Source: Octopus bimaculoides
Lineage: Eukaryota
Length of the DNA stretch: 46,657 nucleotides
Direction of reading: 5' to 3'
Assembly: GCF_001194135.2 (NCBI RefSeq)
Contig: NC_068985.1
Coordinates: forward strand, 92,442,728 to 92,489,384
Made by a program: the position numbers and the translations under genes
Notes under the pieces: generated by a model
Database searches by the model: none
Seen by the model: the letters and a program-made list of their open reading frames with translations, nothing else
Told to the model about the DNA's origin: nothing
Shown: in pieces, positions 35,126 through 46,605 of the stretch
Numbering within the stretch: position 1 is the stretch's first letter
Layout: each line of letters starts with the position of its first letter

Positions 35126-36453
35126 GAACAACAAATAAGATGAGAACAAATATCTGTCAAATGTAAATAATGTAAATAATATAATAGTTAACTGTGTTGA
35201 AAATTTGTTTTTTTAAACTCACAACACCTGACTGACTGACTCCCAAAAGTTTTCGACTATTGTTTCAAAGTGACACAGGCTAGATATGACCAATTACTCA
35301 GTTTCCTCACAATAATGCCATTGTTACGGAATTGTCATTGGGAAGTGTTCATTACTAATTTGATGCTAAGGCGGTATGGAATTCTTGTTTAAAGCAGGAG
35401 AGTAAGAACAATGAAATTTCATACTTTTCCTTTCCATTTATGTGGAAGCTATTCATTCAATTTTATTTCACATCCAATGAAGTTTGAATAGGGAGAAATT
35501 GCTGAATAGCATAAGCTGGTTTTATGTGAATTCTTTTATGGTTTGACATGTATAGGATTTGCGTAAACCATTTTCGTTGAAGATCATTGCTACCTGCTGT
35601 TTAGTGATGGAGGACTTCTCCTCAAGTGGCATCTCTCCAAATGCTTTGCTGTTCAGTGACTAAATTTGAATTCTTACACGGTTATAAGAATTTGCTTTAT
35701 TCTTTTACTGTTTCTTCTTTAAATTACAAGAATTATTCAGGGAAGAATTAAATATTCAAACGGTGATGCTTTTGTAGAGCCATTCTTTTAATTTCTATTT
35801 TGTAAAATTGCATTTGCAGCAATTTGAATAAATTTAAGCTACCCATGAGTAACATGTCAACATCCTCTTAGTGAACAGACTGACCAAGTCACAGAAGGAA
35901 CTACTATGCAGTCACACTACTTGCTAAAAATAACAGCCAAATATTTCTCAAATCACATACTGCAGTCATTAAAAGAAAAAAACAAACAAAAATACATTAG
36001 ATTATATAAGTCCTTGGTACACTGCTGTATCTGGGGAAAAAAAGACTGGATGATCTCTGACATACAGAAGCAAACCAAAGGAATTGCAGTGCTGGGTTTG
36101 TGGAAAACTTGAGATGTTTGCTGACAAAGTGGAACCAACCAAAAGCAATGCGTTGCTGTGTCTGGGGCCAAAAGCTGGGATGGGCACAGATAGGGGTTAA
36201 TCAATAACCAAAACAGCTATCAAGTGTTACATTAAAGGAGTTCATTCACAACAAAATATTTAAATTATCCCCAAGGTTTTAAAGCAGGTTTTAGGCCGCC
36301 AACTAAAATGTTGTTGATATTGTAGCATTTGTTAATTTTCATCAATATTTAATGTTATGAATAAAAGTTTTCCCTCCCCCCACACACACAAAAAAAGACA
36401 AAATTGTTTGAAGAAAATTATTTTGCAACTCACCAAAATCACTTCTATCACAG

Positions 36454-36480
36454 ATTAATTAATTAATTAATTAATTAATT
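36454..36480. repeat. (TAAT)n tetranucleotide run
   Basis: Direct reading. Confidence 0.95.
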
Positions 36481-36634
36481 CGTAATTTTAGACAAAAACA
36501 TGGCTTTAGAAAAAATGTTTAAAGTAATGAATTCATTTTTTTTTTTTTTTCAAAAATCTCTAATAATTTGCAAAGAAATGGCCAGGCATTCTAAAACTTT
36601 TTTTTAAACTATACATAAAATTATTGACAATATG

Positions 36635-36672
<38 letters not shown>

Positions 36673-36793
36673 ATGTGCATGTGTGTGCATGCACTTGTGT
36701 GTGTGTGTGTGTTTGAAGAATTTTATCTTGTATGCAAATATCTATATTTTTTCTGCTTTTGAGTGAGGAGGATCATAGCAGTACCATTAAACT

Positions 36794-37182
36794 ATGGCTG
36801 CCTGGTTAAGAAGTTTGCTTCTCAACCACATTGTTTGAGGCTCAGTCCCACTGCATGGCACCTTGGACAAGTGTTTTCTATAACCCCAGGGCCAGCAAAA
36901 ATCTCCGTGAGAGGATTTCGTGGGAGAAAACTGAAAGAAGTCCATCGTGTGTGTGTTTTTGTCTCTCATTGTCTCATTTTTGCCTGATAGTCCGTAAATG
37001 AATATCACCATCACACAAATAGTATTGCATGTCTCCAGTCTTCTGCCAAAACATATCTGGCCAGAGGTAAAAAGTACCTTGCTTGGAAACAGGTGACAGT
37101 CGGCAACAAAAGGGGCAGCCAGCAGCAAAAAATATGTCTTGAATTCTGAAACGTGGAAAAGTAGGTGTTAAAATGATGATGA
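36794..37182 (+). mobile_element. SINE A2, full length
   Basis: A head, GCACCTTGGACAAGTG, tail ending GTGGAAAAGTAGGTGTTAAAATGATGATGA. Confidence 0.85.
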
Positions 37183-37225
37183 GGATTAATCTCTCTCTCT
37201 CTCTCTCTCTCCCTCCCTCTCTCGC

Positions 37226-37355
37226 CACTCACGAGGCTTTGGTTGACCTGAGGCTATAGTAGAAGGCACTTGCCCAAGTTGCCTCGCTATGGGACTGAAC
37301 CCAGAACCATGTGGTTCATAAGCAAGCTACTTACCACACAGCCACTCCTACGCCT
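37226..37355 (-). mobile_element. SINE A head and body
   Basis: Near-consensus reverse complement GGGACTGAACCCAGAACCATGTGG...CTTACCACACAGCC. Confidence 0.9.
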
Positions 37356-38298
37356 ATATGTTTCTTAAAAGTCATTACTTTCATCTAATTTCTTAAAGCA
37401 GGTGAGATGGGAACTTCTCCATAGATAAGACAAGATAAATAATATTCTCAGATGATCTTGTGCCTCTTTCAACAATTAGGTGAACTGAAGCATGTAAAAT
37501 CAAATTCTTTGATCATAAAGATAAATGCAGAGAAGAGATTCAAAATCCAGACTTATCAGATTAGACTAATCCAGACTTGGCAAAGATGTGAGGGCAAGAG
37601 ATGGCTACACGGCCTTGTAGAATTTTTTACAGCTGTTTCCGTTCAAAGCTGAAATCCTTTCAGGATCAATATTCTATCCTTTGGATGTTGAAGTACCAAT
37701 CTCTGAATGTACTTTTTAGAGAAAACTTTGTTGCAAACATCCAATCATGCTGTGAGGGTGATATGATAATGATGATGATTGCTTCCTACTAAAGCCACTC
37801 ATGAGTTTGGGTTGTTCTTTCACCATCAATATGATCTGTGAGTATACTTCTATCAACAGTGGAGGGTATGGATGGACAGATGTCCTAGTATTGAACTTTA
37901 GTTAACAGCTATAGCTGGATACATTCAATTCTGCAGTGTGATTTCCTTTGGAGTCAAAAGATTAAACAAAAAGAGCCAAAATCACTCATTGCAGTTTTAG
38001 TCTCACTTCTTTGCCCATTTCATGTCACTAATGCAAGGTTTGTGTCCAGTAGTTTTCTCGACAAAGTGGTTTTGTGCCAAAGTTAGAAATCCTTTTAGGG
38101 TAATGTAGAGGTTTGATTGGTTTTTACTGAAATCTTCTTCTATGTTCTAAATTAAAATTCAGTCAAATTTGTCTTCCATCCCACCAAATATACCAAAACA
38201 GAAACCAGACAAATGTTAAAAGTTGATTAAATTGACTATAAGCACTCTCCAACTTTTTATTACCTTGTGTCAATGTTAGAAATATGAATAATAAATAT

Positions 38299-38390
38299 NN
38301 NNNNNNNNNNNNNNNNNNNNNNNNNNNNNNNNNNNNNNNNNNNNNNNNNNNNNNNNNNNNNNNNNNNNNNNNNNNNNNNNNNNNNNNNNN
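38299..38390. other. Assembly gap
   Basis: N run. Confidence 1.
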
Positions 38391-38922
38391 CCCTCGAGGC
38401 TTCGTAGAATAACAGACCTTTTGTCTTTCTATTGTCTTTTTATTCTATTTCTCTTTTACTCTTGTGTGAATAGACAGAAAATGCTATGGGAGAAGTGTCG
38501 ACTTCTTAACCAATCAAAATCCGGTTTTTAATAGGAAAAGATATAAGAAAAATAACAAATACTTGCTCCATAAAAATATTTCAGCAAGTAAATTTGTCGA
38601 TTAATTCAACACAGAAATGGGAGATGAGAGTAAAAAAAAAAAAATTTAAAAAAATAAATAAAGTGTAAAAATTCAACCCTGAAAATATGCTACAGGAAAT
38701 ATTTGGAGATTGTGAAAGATTTCGCATTTGATTCTAACATCAGATCAGTCTGAGGAAAGAAGACGCCATGAAATGAAGTAAGTTGTAAAAAGACCGAATT
38801 GAAAATGAGAGGAGGGAAGGTGGGTACATGTGTGTTTTTGCATGCGTATATGTATATATATATATATATAGAGAGAGAGAGCCAGCCATCCAGCCAGATA
38901 CACACACACACACACACAAACA

Positions 38923-39315
38923 CATGTAATGTGGATGTTTGGTGAAAAAGCTCATTTTGCAGTCATGTGGTTTTGGGGTCAGTCATATTGCGCAGTACCT
39001 TATACAAGCATCTTCTATGACAGCCTCAGGCCAACCAAAGTCTTGTGAGTGAATATGGTAGACAGAAGGAAACCTACCATGCATATACATTTATATATAC
39101 ATGTACATGTGTATATGACTGTGTGTTTGTGTGTACCTTTGTCTTGATAATTGTAAACGAGCGTTTCATACGAGCAGAGCTGTTTGGTTGAAATTCTGGT
39201 TATAGGGAAAGAAACAGGTGAGGGTTGGTGGCAGGAAGGACAACCAGCTGCAGAATATCTGCCTCAACAAATCCAGTAGACTCAGGCAAGCATGGAAAAA
39301 TGAATGCTAACTGAT
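38923..39315 (+). mobile_element. SINE A2
   Basis: Colinear with 36794-37182. Confidence 0.8.
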
Positions 39316-39865
39316 ACATATAAAGGAAGTTAAATTTTTAGATGTGAAACCTCACAAATCACTACTTAGCTCTCCATTTCCGTTTGGCAAACCAAAAAAA
39401 TCTCAACTCGAAATATTTTTTTATCCCACTAAACTTTATTCTACTACAAAATTTCTTTTGTTTAATTGCATACATATTCGTATACTTATATATTCTTTAT
39501 ATCTTGCAAGCTAATAATTCTTCAGATTTTGATTTTGGTTTTGGCTTTGAAATCTGGTTTCACTTAGGATGCACGTCTCTCAAAAGTACTATTGTGATAT
39601 GGTAGTTTTAAATAAATTAACACTTGTATATCCTCTCTTTGATTCCTATCTAATTAACACCAACATCAGTCTCTAGTTTAATTGGCACCTTATCCAGATG
39701 CCAAAGTTTTTAAAAAGTGTCTATTTTGGAAGAAAGTTCTTCTGAGTCAAGAATATAAATAAAAATGCGTAAATAAATATATAAAAGAAATTAAGAAACT
39801 AATTGTAGGTTTAGATTGTTTTTGTTTACTTATTGTGTTTTTTTTTTCTTGTTCCATGTATGCAA

Positions 39866-40200
39866 GAATGGCTGACTGGTTAAGAAATATACTTCCAATT
39901 GTGAGGATTTGGGATCAATCTCAAGGTTTGACATCTTGGTCAAGTCTTTAACTATAGCATAAGATCAGACAAAGCTTTGGAGGTGAAATTACATTGGTGG
40001 AAACTGTGTGGAAGCCCACCAAATAAATTGTACCAGTAATTCAATTGGTCCAGCCTTGTTACATCATATCATACTGGCGCTATCTGAGAATTACTTTAAA
40101 TGGTACACAGTTCTGTGGAGTACTCGACCACTTATCCCTATAATGAATAAGCAGTTCTGTTGTTCAACCAACTGAATGCTCATCATAGAAACTGATGGAG
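39866..40200 (+). mobile_element. Degenerate SINE A head followed by D tail
   Basis: CATCTTGGTCAAGTC motif, then GGTCCAGCCTTGTTACA...GAGAATTAC. Confidence 0.6.
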
Positions 40201-40584
40201 GACCCTTCATCTTGTTGTTATACTTTGACAACACTGTTACATTCTTTAATATTCTTCCCAATCTTCTCCCTCGTTAAAACTCGTACCTATGACTCTAATT
40301 ATCGACATTAATAAACTAAATGAATTTTTTTTTTTTTTAAAAAGACAAAAAGAAAAAAAAAATGTCTCTTTGAACTGTTCAAAAAGATTTTCTCTTCTAA
40401 TTTCTGAAATTTGAATTTGATCAGAACGGTAATGCTTCATTCCTTGTGTTGAAACATTAACCAATTCTTGTGAAACCTTCAACTGCTCATCTCAAAGATT
40501 AAGTAGGAAACAAGAGATGAACAAACGATAGAGGAGAGACAATGAGAGAGACAATAATCTTATGTGTGTGTGTGTATGCATGTG

Positions 40585-41227
40585 NNNNNNNNNNNNNNNN
40601 NNNNNNNNNNNNNNNNNNNNNNNNNNNNNNNNNNNNNNNNNNNNNNNNNNNNNNNNNNNNNNNNNNNNNNNNNNNNNNNNNNNNNNNNNNNNNNNNNNNN
40701 NNNNNNNNNNNNNNNNNNNNNNNNNNNNNNNNNNNNNNNNNNNNNNNNNNNNNNNNNNNNNNNNNNNNNNNNNNNNNNNNNNNNNNNNNNNNNNNNNNNN
40801 NNNNNNNNNNNNNNNNNNNNNNNNNNNNNNNNNNNNNNNNNNNNNNNNNNNNNNNNNNNNNNNNNNNNNNNNNNNNNNNNNNNNNNNNNNNNNNNNNNNN
40901 NNNNNNNNNNNNNNNNNNNNNNNNNNNNNNNNNNNNNNNNNNNNNNNNNNNNNNNNNNNNNNNNNNNNNNNNNNNNNNNNNNNNNNNNNNNNNNNNNNNN
41001 NNNNNNNNNNNNNNNNNNNNNNNNNNNNNNNNNNNNNNNNNNNNNNNNNNNNNNNNNNNNNNNNNNNNNNNNNNNNNNNNNNNNNNNNNNNNNNNNNNNN
41101 NNNNNNNNNNNNNNNNNNNNNNNNNNNNNNNNNNNNNNNNNNNNNNNNNNNNNNNNNNNNNNNNNNNNNNNNNNNNNNNNNNNNNNNNNNNNNNNNNNNN
41201 NNNNNNNNNNNNNNNNNNNNNNNNNNN
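40585..41227. other. Assembly gap
   Basis: N run. Confidence 1.
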
Positions 41228-41437
41228 TCCAAAATTCCTTTCACTGCATAACATCTTTTTCAAACTGTATATGCTCATCCTTTCATTGTGTCAATATTCA
41301 CGTCAGCGTCTTAATCAGATCACCCTGGATTCTCCAAAATTCCTTTCACTGCATAACATCTTTTTCAAACTGTATATGCTCATCCTTTCATTGTGTCAAT
41401 ATTCACGTCAGCGTCTTAATCAGATCACCCTGGATTC
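41228..41437. repeat. Perfect 105-bp tandem duplication at gap edge
   Basis: 41228-41332 is identical to 41333-41437. Confidence 0.95.
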
Positions 41438-41794
41438 TTCGTATTTCATAACACATAACAACACTTCCATTGCGGGTTCAAAACATTAAATTTGCATTTT
41501 ATCTCCCATTTTCAATTTAGGAGGTGATTGGTCATCGAATGTGCATCCTTGTGTTAAAATATTCAAAATCAAGGACAACCTCTGTCTTGGACTCCAGCCA
41601 CTAGGGCACCACCTTCAAGGATTCTAGTCATTTATATTGATCGTAGAATTTTGTCTGGTCTTTGCTTTATTGTTCTTGCAAAATATGAAATGCAAAGAGA
41701 GCATTAGCGTAAGGGGAGATAATTCGACTGTGCATACACATTGTAGAGTATTTCTGTTCAACTTCAACAGTCTCTTCATCACACTGATATAAGG

Positions 41795-41955
41795 AGAACT
41801 CCATTGGTTACGATGACAAAGATCCAGCTGATACGATCAATGGAAGAGCTTGATTGTGAAATTATCATGCAAGTGGCTGAGAACTCCACAGTCACATGTA
41901 CCCTTAATGTAGTTCTCAGGGAGATTCAGTGTGACACAAAGTGTGACAAATCTTG
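41795..41955 (-). mobile_element. SINE D tail
   Basis: GTAGTTCTCAGGGAGATTCAG...GTGTGACAA. Confidence 0.8.
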
Positions 41956-42013
41956 AAGATTTATAATTCTCTATTTTTCTTTATGATGCCGTGTGTGTGT
42001 GTGTGTGTGTGTG

Positions 42014-42477
42014 NNNNNNNNNNNNNNNNNNNNNNNNNNNNNNNNNNNNNNNNNNNNNNNNNNNNNNNNNNNNNNNNNNNNNNNNNNNNNNNNNNNNNNN
42101 NNNNNNNNNNNNNNNNNNNNNNNNNNNNNNNNNNNNNNNNNNNNNNNNNNNNNNNNNNNNNNNNNNNNNNNNNNNNNNNNNNNNNNNNNNNNNNNNNNNN
42201 NNNNNNNNNNNNNNNNNNNNNNNNNNNNNNNNNNNNNNNNNNNNNNNNNNNNNNNNNNNNNNNNNNNNNNNNNNNNNNNNNNNNNNNNNNNNNNNNNNNN
42301 NNNNNNNNNNNNNNNNNNNNNNNNNNNNNNNNNNNNNNNNNNNNNNNNNNNNNNNNNNNNNNNNNNNNNNNNNNNNNNNNNNNNNNNNNNNNNNNNNNNN
42401 NNNNNNNNNNNNNNNNNNNNNNNNNNNNNNNNNNNNNNNNNNNNNNNNNNNNNNNNNNNNNNNNNNNNNNNNNNNNN
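42014..42477. other. Assembly gap after (GT)n
   Basis: N run. Confidence 1.
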
Positions 42478-42834
42478 TTAACACATTTATTAAATTCAAG
42501 CAGAACTTTTTTGATTCATTACTCTTTAAATCTAAGGTGGCAAGTTGAGGGAATTATCAGAGACTTGGATAGAAATCACAACAGTCTTCATTCCTATCCT
42601 TTGTCTATGAAAGTTCAGATCCTACTGATGTCGACTTTACCTAGCATTCTTTCAATATCGCTAAAGTACCAGTCAAATACTAGCACCAACTCTTTTCTAC
42701 CCCTCTTTCTCTGTCTGTCTGCTTGTTGGTCTGTCTCTTTCTCTCCCTCTCTCACTCACCCCTTCTACTTCTCTCTCTTTTTCTTTGTCTGTTTAATCTT
42801 TCTTTCTCTGTCTCTGTCTCTCTCTTCTTCAAAG

Positions 42835-42975
42835 GTTTAGCCTTGTCACATTGTGTCATACTAGCTCAACCTGACCATTTCATTAAGGTTACATATGCCT
42901 ATTGACTATTTGGCCTCTTACATGCTATCTTCATTAGTAAGAATTCAGTTAATTGAACAACCAAATGCTAATCAT
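42835..42975 (+). mobile_element. Degenerate SINE D tail
   Basis: AGCCTTGTCACATTGTGTCA...ATTAAGGTTACATATG. Confidence 0.55.
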
Positions 42976-43474
42976 TAAGATCAACAGTGAATCCTCCCTT
43001 TAATTTTCATAATTATCACTGGTGTATTAAGATGAAATATAGGATTAAACAAACTGCTTTGAATGTAACTGAGTAAATTGGTGGTAATCTTTCAACTAGC
43101 ATTATTAAAGAATTACTATTTACATGAGTTCGCTTCCATTCTTTATTCTAGTCATCTTACATTTCTTTTATGTCTTCTGCTGTTTCAAAATCTCCAGTTT
43201 CCACCAAGTTATATTTCATTATAAATTTGTGCTCTGGCTACAATTCCCTCTAGCATATCAGGTTTTAGAAATATAGAGATACTCTCAAGGGACTATATTT
43301 GGGAAAGGAATGGTGAAACTTAAGTCGCTTGACTGTGAGTTCTTCAAATAGAATTAGTTTCTTTACATTCAGTTTCTTTTATTCTCTGATACCCTTGAAT
43401 TAAATGGATACTGGATCTCATCCACAATAACCCTATTCTCAGAATATCTTTCTTAGATCTGCTAGAACATATCG

Positions 43475-43516
<42 letters not shown>

Positions 43517-43644
43517 GTTGTTGTTGTTGTTATTATTCCGTTGAACATTGGGGTCAATGTAATTGACTTACTCACCTCCTTCTAAAATCACTGGTTTGGT
43601 GCCAAAATTTGAAACCATTTTTATTAGCAGTAGTAGTTGTGTTA

Positions 43645-43872
43645 TTAACCCTTTCAATACCAACCCGACTGAAACCGGCTCTGTTTCTGAGTACAAATGT
43701 CTTGTTTTCATAAGTTCTGAATTAAAATCTTCCACCAAACCTTAGTTACAATTTATGTTCCTAACACTAGCTTAATGGTAACTAAGTTATTTTACTAAAT
43801 TCTTTGTTATATTTAAAATTAATTGAAAGAACACAGAGTATCTCAACAGAAATATGGTAATGAAAGTGTTAA
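43645..43872. mobile_element. piggyBac-type MITE F, complete
   Basis: TTAA-CCCTTTCAATACC ... GGTAATGAAAGTG-TTAA. Confidence 0.9.
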
Positions 43873-44029
43873 ATTCAGCACCAATGATGAACTGGTGTTG
43901 AATTTTGAAACCATAAAAGTAGTAGAAACCATAAAAGAAACCATAAAAGTAGTAGAAAGAAACAAAGATTTATCCCAGTTTGTGACAGCAAAAGCCACTT
44001 AAGACAATACAATCCTATATTGATGAGAT

Positions 44030-44310
44030 TTAGTCAGACTGGTGACCTGGTCTTCATTGTTGCTATTTTTCGCCTATTGTATGTTCCTGTCTTCATCAGG
44101 AGTTTCCTGTTGAACTCAGTTGTTAACCCTTTATTTGATCTACAGGAATACACTGTTCTTATTTAACCTGTTGATCAAAATAAAGGGTTGGGTTTGAAAT
44201 TCTAATACCACAACCGAGTTCAACACAAGGCACCAGAAGAAAACTGGAGCAAGCAACATTCGGTATGTAATGAAAGTAACAGTCAAGATGAGGACACCAG
44301 TTCAACTAAT
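44030..44310. mobile_element. Old degenerate palindrome related to family C
   Basis: Nested inverted repeats 44108-44123/44210-44225 and 44125-44140/44173-44189; 44226-44295 aligns gap-free to 35078-35147. Confidence 0.6.
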
Positions 44311-44580
44311 ATAAAACAGTATGGAGCACATGGGCAAATAATGAATAAGTAGCTGACTGTGTTGGTTGGGTCGGTCTCCCATCTGAAGCAATGGTAGTTT
44401 ATTTTTTTCATCATCTGTATTATATCCATGGCTGAGATAGTATTTCCACTGTCTAGGTCTATTCAGGGGTTCAATACCAAATTGTTTAGCTTCAATTCTG
44501 TCTTGATTGGACACACCAGACACTCCAGCCATGATCATCTCTCTTCATAGGGTTAAAGAAAACATTATCTCTTGTATCCT

Positions 44581-44810
44581 TCATCATCATCATCATCATC
44601 ATCGTCATTTAACAACTATTTTCCATGCTGTTATGGGTTGGACTGTTTGACAGGAGCTGGCAAGCCAGAGAGCTGCACCAGGCTCCAATCTCTGTTTTTG
44701 GCATGGTCTCTGCAGCTGAATGCCCTTCCTAACACCAACCACTTTACAAAGTGGACTGCTGCTTTTTACATGGCACCAGCATGGGTGCATTTCATGTGGC
44801 ATTCCATTAT
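44581..44810 (-). mobile_element. RTE-type LINE 3' end fragment with (GAT)n tail
   Basis: Colinear with 32471-32650. Confidence 0.85.
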
Positions 44811-45769
44811 CCAATATGGCTGAGAGAAAATACACCAAGGGACCAGTTTACATTCGGTATTTTTGTTATCAAATATATTCTTGTTTTAGGGTATGATTTA
44901 AGACAGATTTGGCTGCTATTCTGGTTGAGTCTACACATAGAGGCTGACTCACTGGCTTGACTAATTGATGATGAGGGTTATTATTATTATTATTATCATT
45001 TCAATGAAAATAGTCACATTAATAATTTCATTTTTACTCATAAAGTTTTAAAGGTTTGAGTGAGTGAAAGGGAGAGGAAAATTACAAGAGCATTTCTTAA
45101 TGTTCTGATATATATATTTGTGAATCAATTCCAACTGAGAATAAAAACTGTGCTGTAGATTCCATTTGCCAAGAATTTACTGCTTCACCAACAGTGATGA
45201 TGATGATGATGATGACAGTGGTGGTGGTGGTGGTGGTAAGGAGCCAAGATATAGCTTTTAAAACCAATTATATAAAATTGTTTAAATACTTCCATTCTGT
45301 TCAATTTATTTGCTGGAAATGATTAATGATCAAGTAGCAAGAGTTCAACCCCCTTCAATATTCCATGCGCTGTGCCCTTAAGCAATCTAAGTCTAGCTTC
45401 AATCTATTTCAACTGAAAAATACATACTACTTGGGTGTTATGGGTCAATGGCTTATTTTTATCTTTTTATTTTTTGCTTTTGCTTTATTTCTGTTTATTT
45501 TTTAATTGCTTTATTTATTTATTATCTAATTACCTTTTCATTATTAAATACAATTCTGAACGATGACCTATATCAAATATTTGATTGAGAAAGAAAAAGA
45601 AAATAATCCAATGAAGCAATTTATTGTTTGCTGCAGTTAGGCAATTCATAGGAGCAGCAGAACTATGACTTAGCCCATGCTAATGCATCAGGGACCCCCA
45701 CTTCAGTGATGTGCAGTGGAGGCATGTGTTACGCATGGCGTGATATGAAAACACAAGAATCAAAAGGAA

Positions 45770-45960
45770 ACTTTATGTGGTCATTCAACTTGCTAGAAAT
45801 AGCAGTAAAATATCCCTCAAATTAAACTCTACCATCTTAAGGAAAGGGTTTATTAGATGATGCAGTTCTGCATACCCCTAAAAAATATAGAGCGGTCATA
45901 ATTGTAATGCGTTTCGGCAAAGACTGCTTAATCAGGATAGGGCTAATCTTGTCTTGAACC
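45770..45960 (+). mobile_element. Repeat module I
   Basis: TATGTGGTCATTCAACTTGCTAGAAATAGCAG, homologous to 14885-14960. Confidence 0.6.
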
Positions 45961-45984
45961 TCAATCGTGGCATGCTGTCAATTG

Positions 45985-46352
45985 TGACGTCAAGGGTTCC
46001 AGTTGATCCGATCAATGGAACAGCCTGCTCGTGAAATTAATGTGCAAGTGGCTGAGCTCTCCACAGACATGTGTATCCTTAATACAGTTCTCAGGGAGAT
46101 TCAGCATGACACAGAGTGTGACAAGGCTGGCCCTTTTGAAATACAAGTGCAACAGAAACAGGAAGAAAGAGTGAGAGAAGGTTGTGGTGAAAGAGTACAG
46201 CAGGGTTCCCCACCACCCCCTGCTGGAGCCTCATGGAACTTTAGGTGGTTTCAGTCAATAAACACTCACAACACCCAGTCTGGAATCGAAACCGTGATCC
46301 TACGACTGCAAGTTTGCTGTCCTAAACACTGGGGCATTGTGCCTCCACAAAC
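45985..46352 (-). mobile_element. SINE K: distinct tRNA-like head joined to the D tail
   Basis: Minus strand GGAGGCACAATGCCCCAGTG (A box region), GGTTTCGATTCC (B box), then D tail at 45985-46150. Confidence 0.8.
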
Positions 46353-46377
46353 AATGATATGCTATACTGCATTTACT

Positions 46378-46605
46378 AAAGGCTTTCAATACCAGCTGGT
46401 TTGAGATCATACAGGGTCTATGGTGCAAATTTCCTGTTTTTAAAATGATCAAAATTAAAACCTTCCATCAAAAATTTCATGTCCGTTTATATTCCAGATG
46501 CCAGCTTAACAATGACGATTATTTTGGCAAATTCTTTATTATTTTCAAAACTACTTGAAATAATAGCAGTGAGACCCAAGGGAAATAATGTAACAAAAGG
46601 GTTAA
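46378..46605. mobile_element. piggyBac-type MITE F, one TIR decayed
   Basis: Ends GTAACAAAAGGG-TTAA; interior colinear with 43645-43872. Confidence 0.8.

Larger units (their letters stand above)
34711..35180. mobile_element. Head-to-head palindromic tRNA-headed retroelement (family C)
   Basis: Arms 34745-34905 and 35012-35180 are reverse complements; central 21-bp inverted repeat 34913-34933/34938-34958; A box TGGTGTAGTGG, B box GAGTTCGATTCC. Confidence 0.9.

Noticed and set aside
38703-38790. Plus-strand exon candidate ending GAA|GTAAGT
   Set aside because: Stops in all three frames from the best acceptor.
40246-40482. Protein-like 78-aa minus-strand ORF
   Set aside because: No family recognised and it runs through homopolymers; tblastx would be needed to rescue it.
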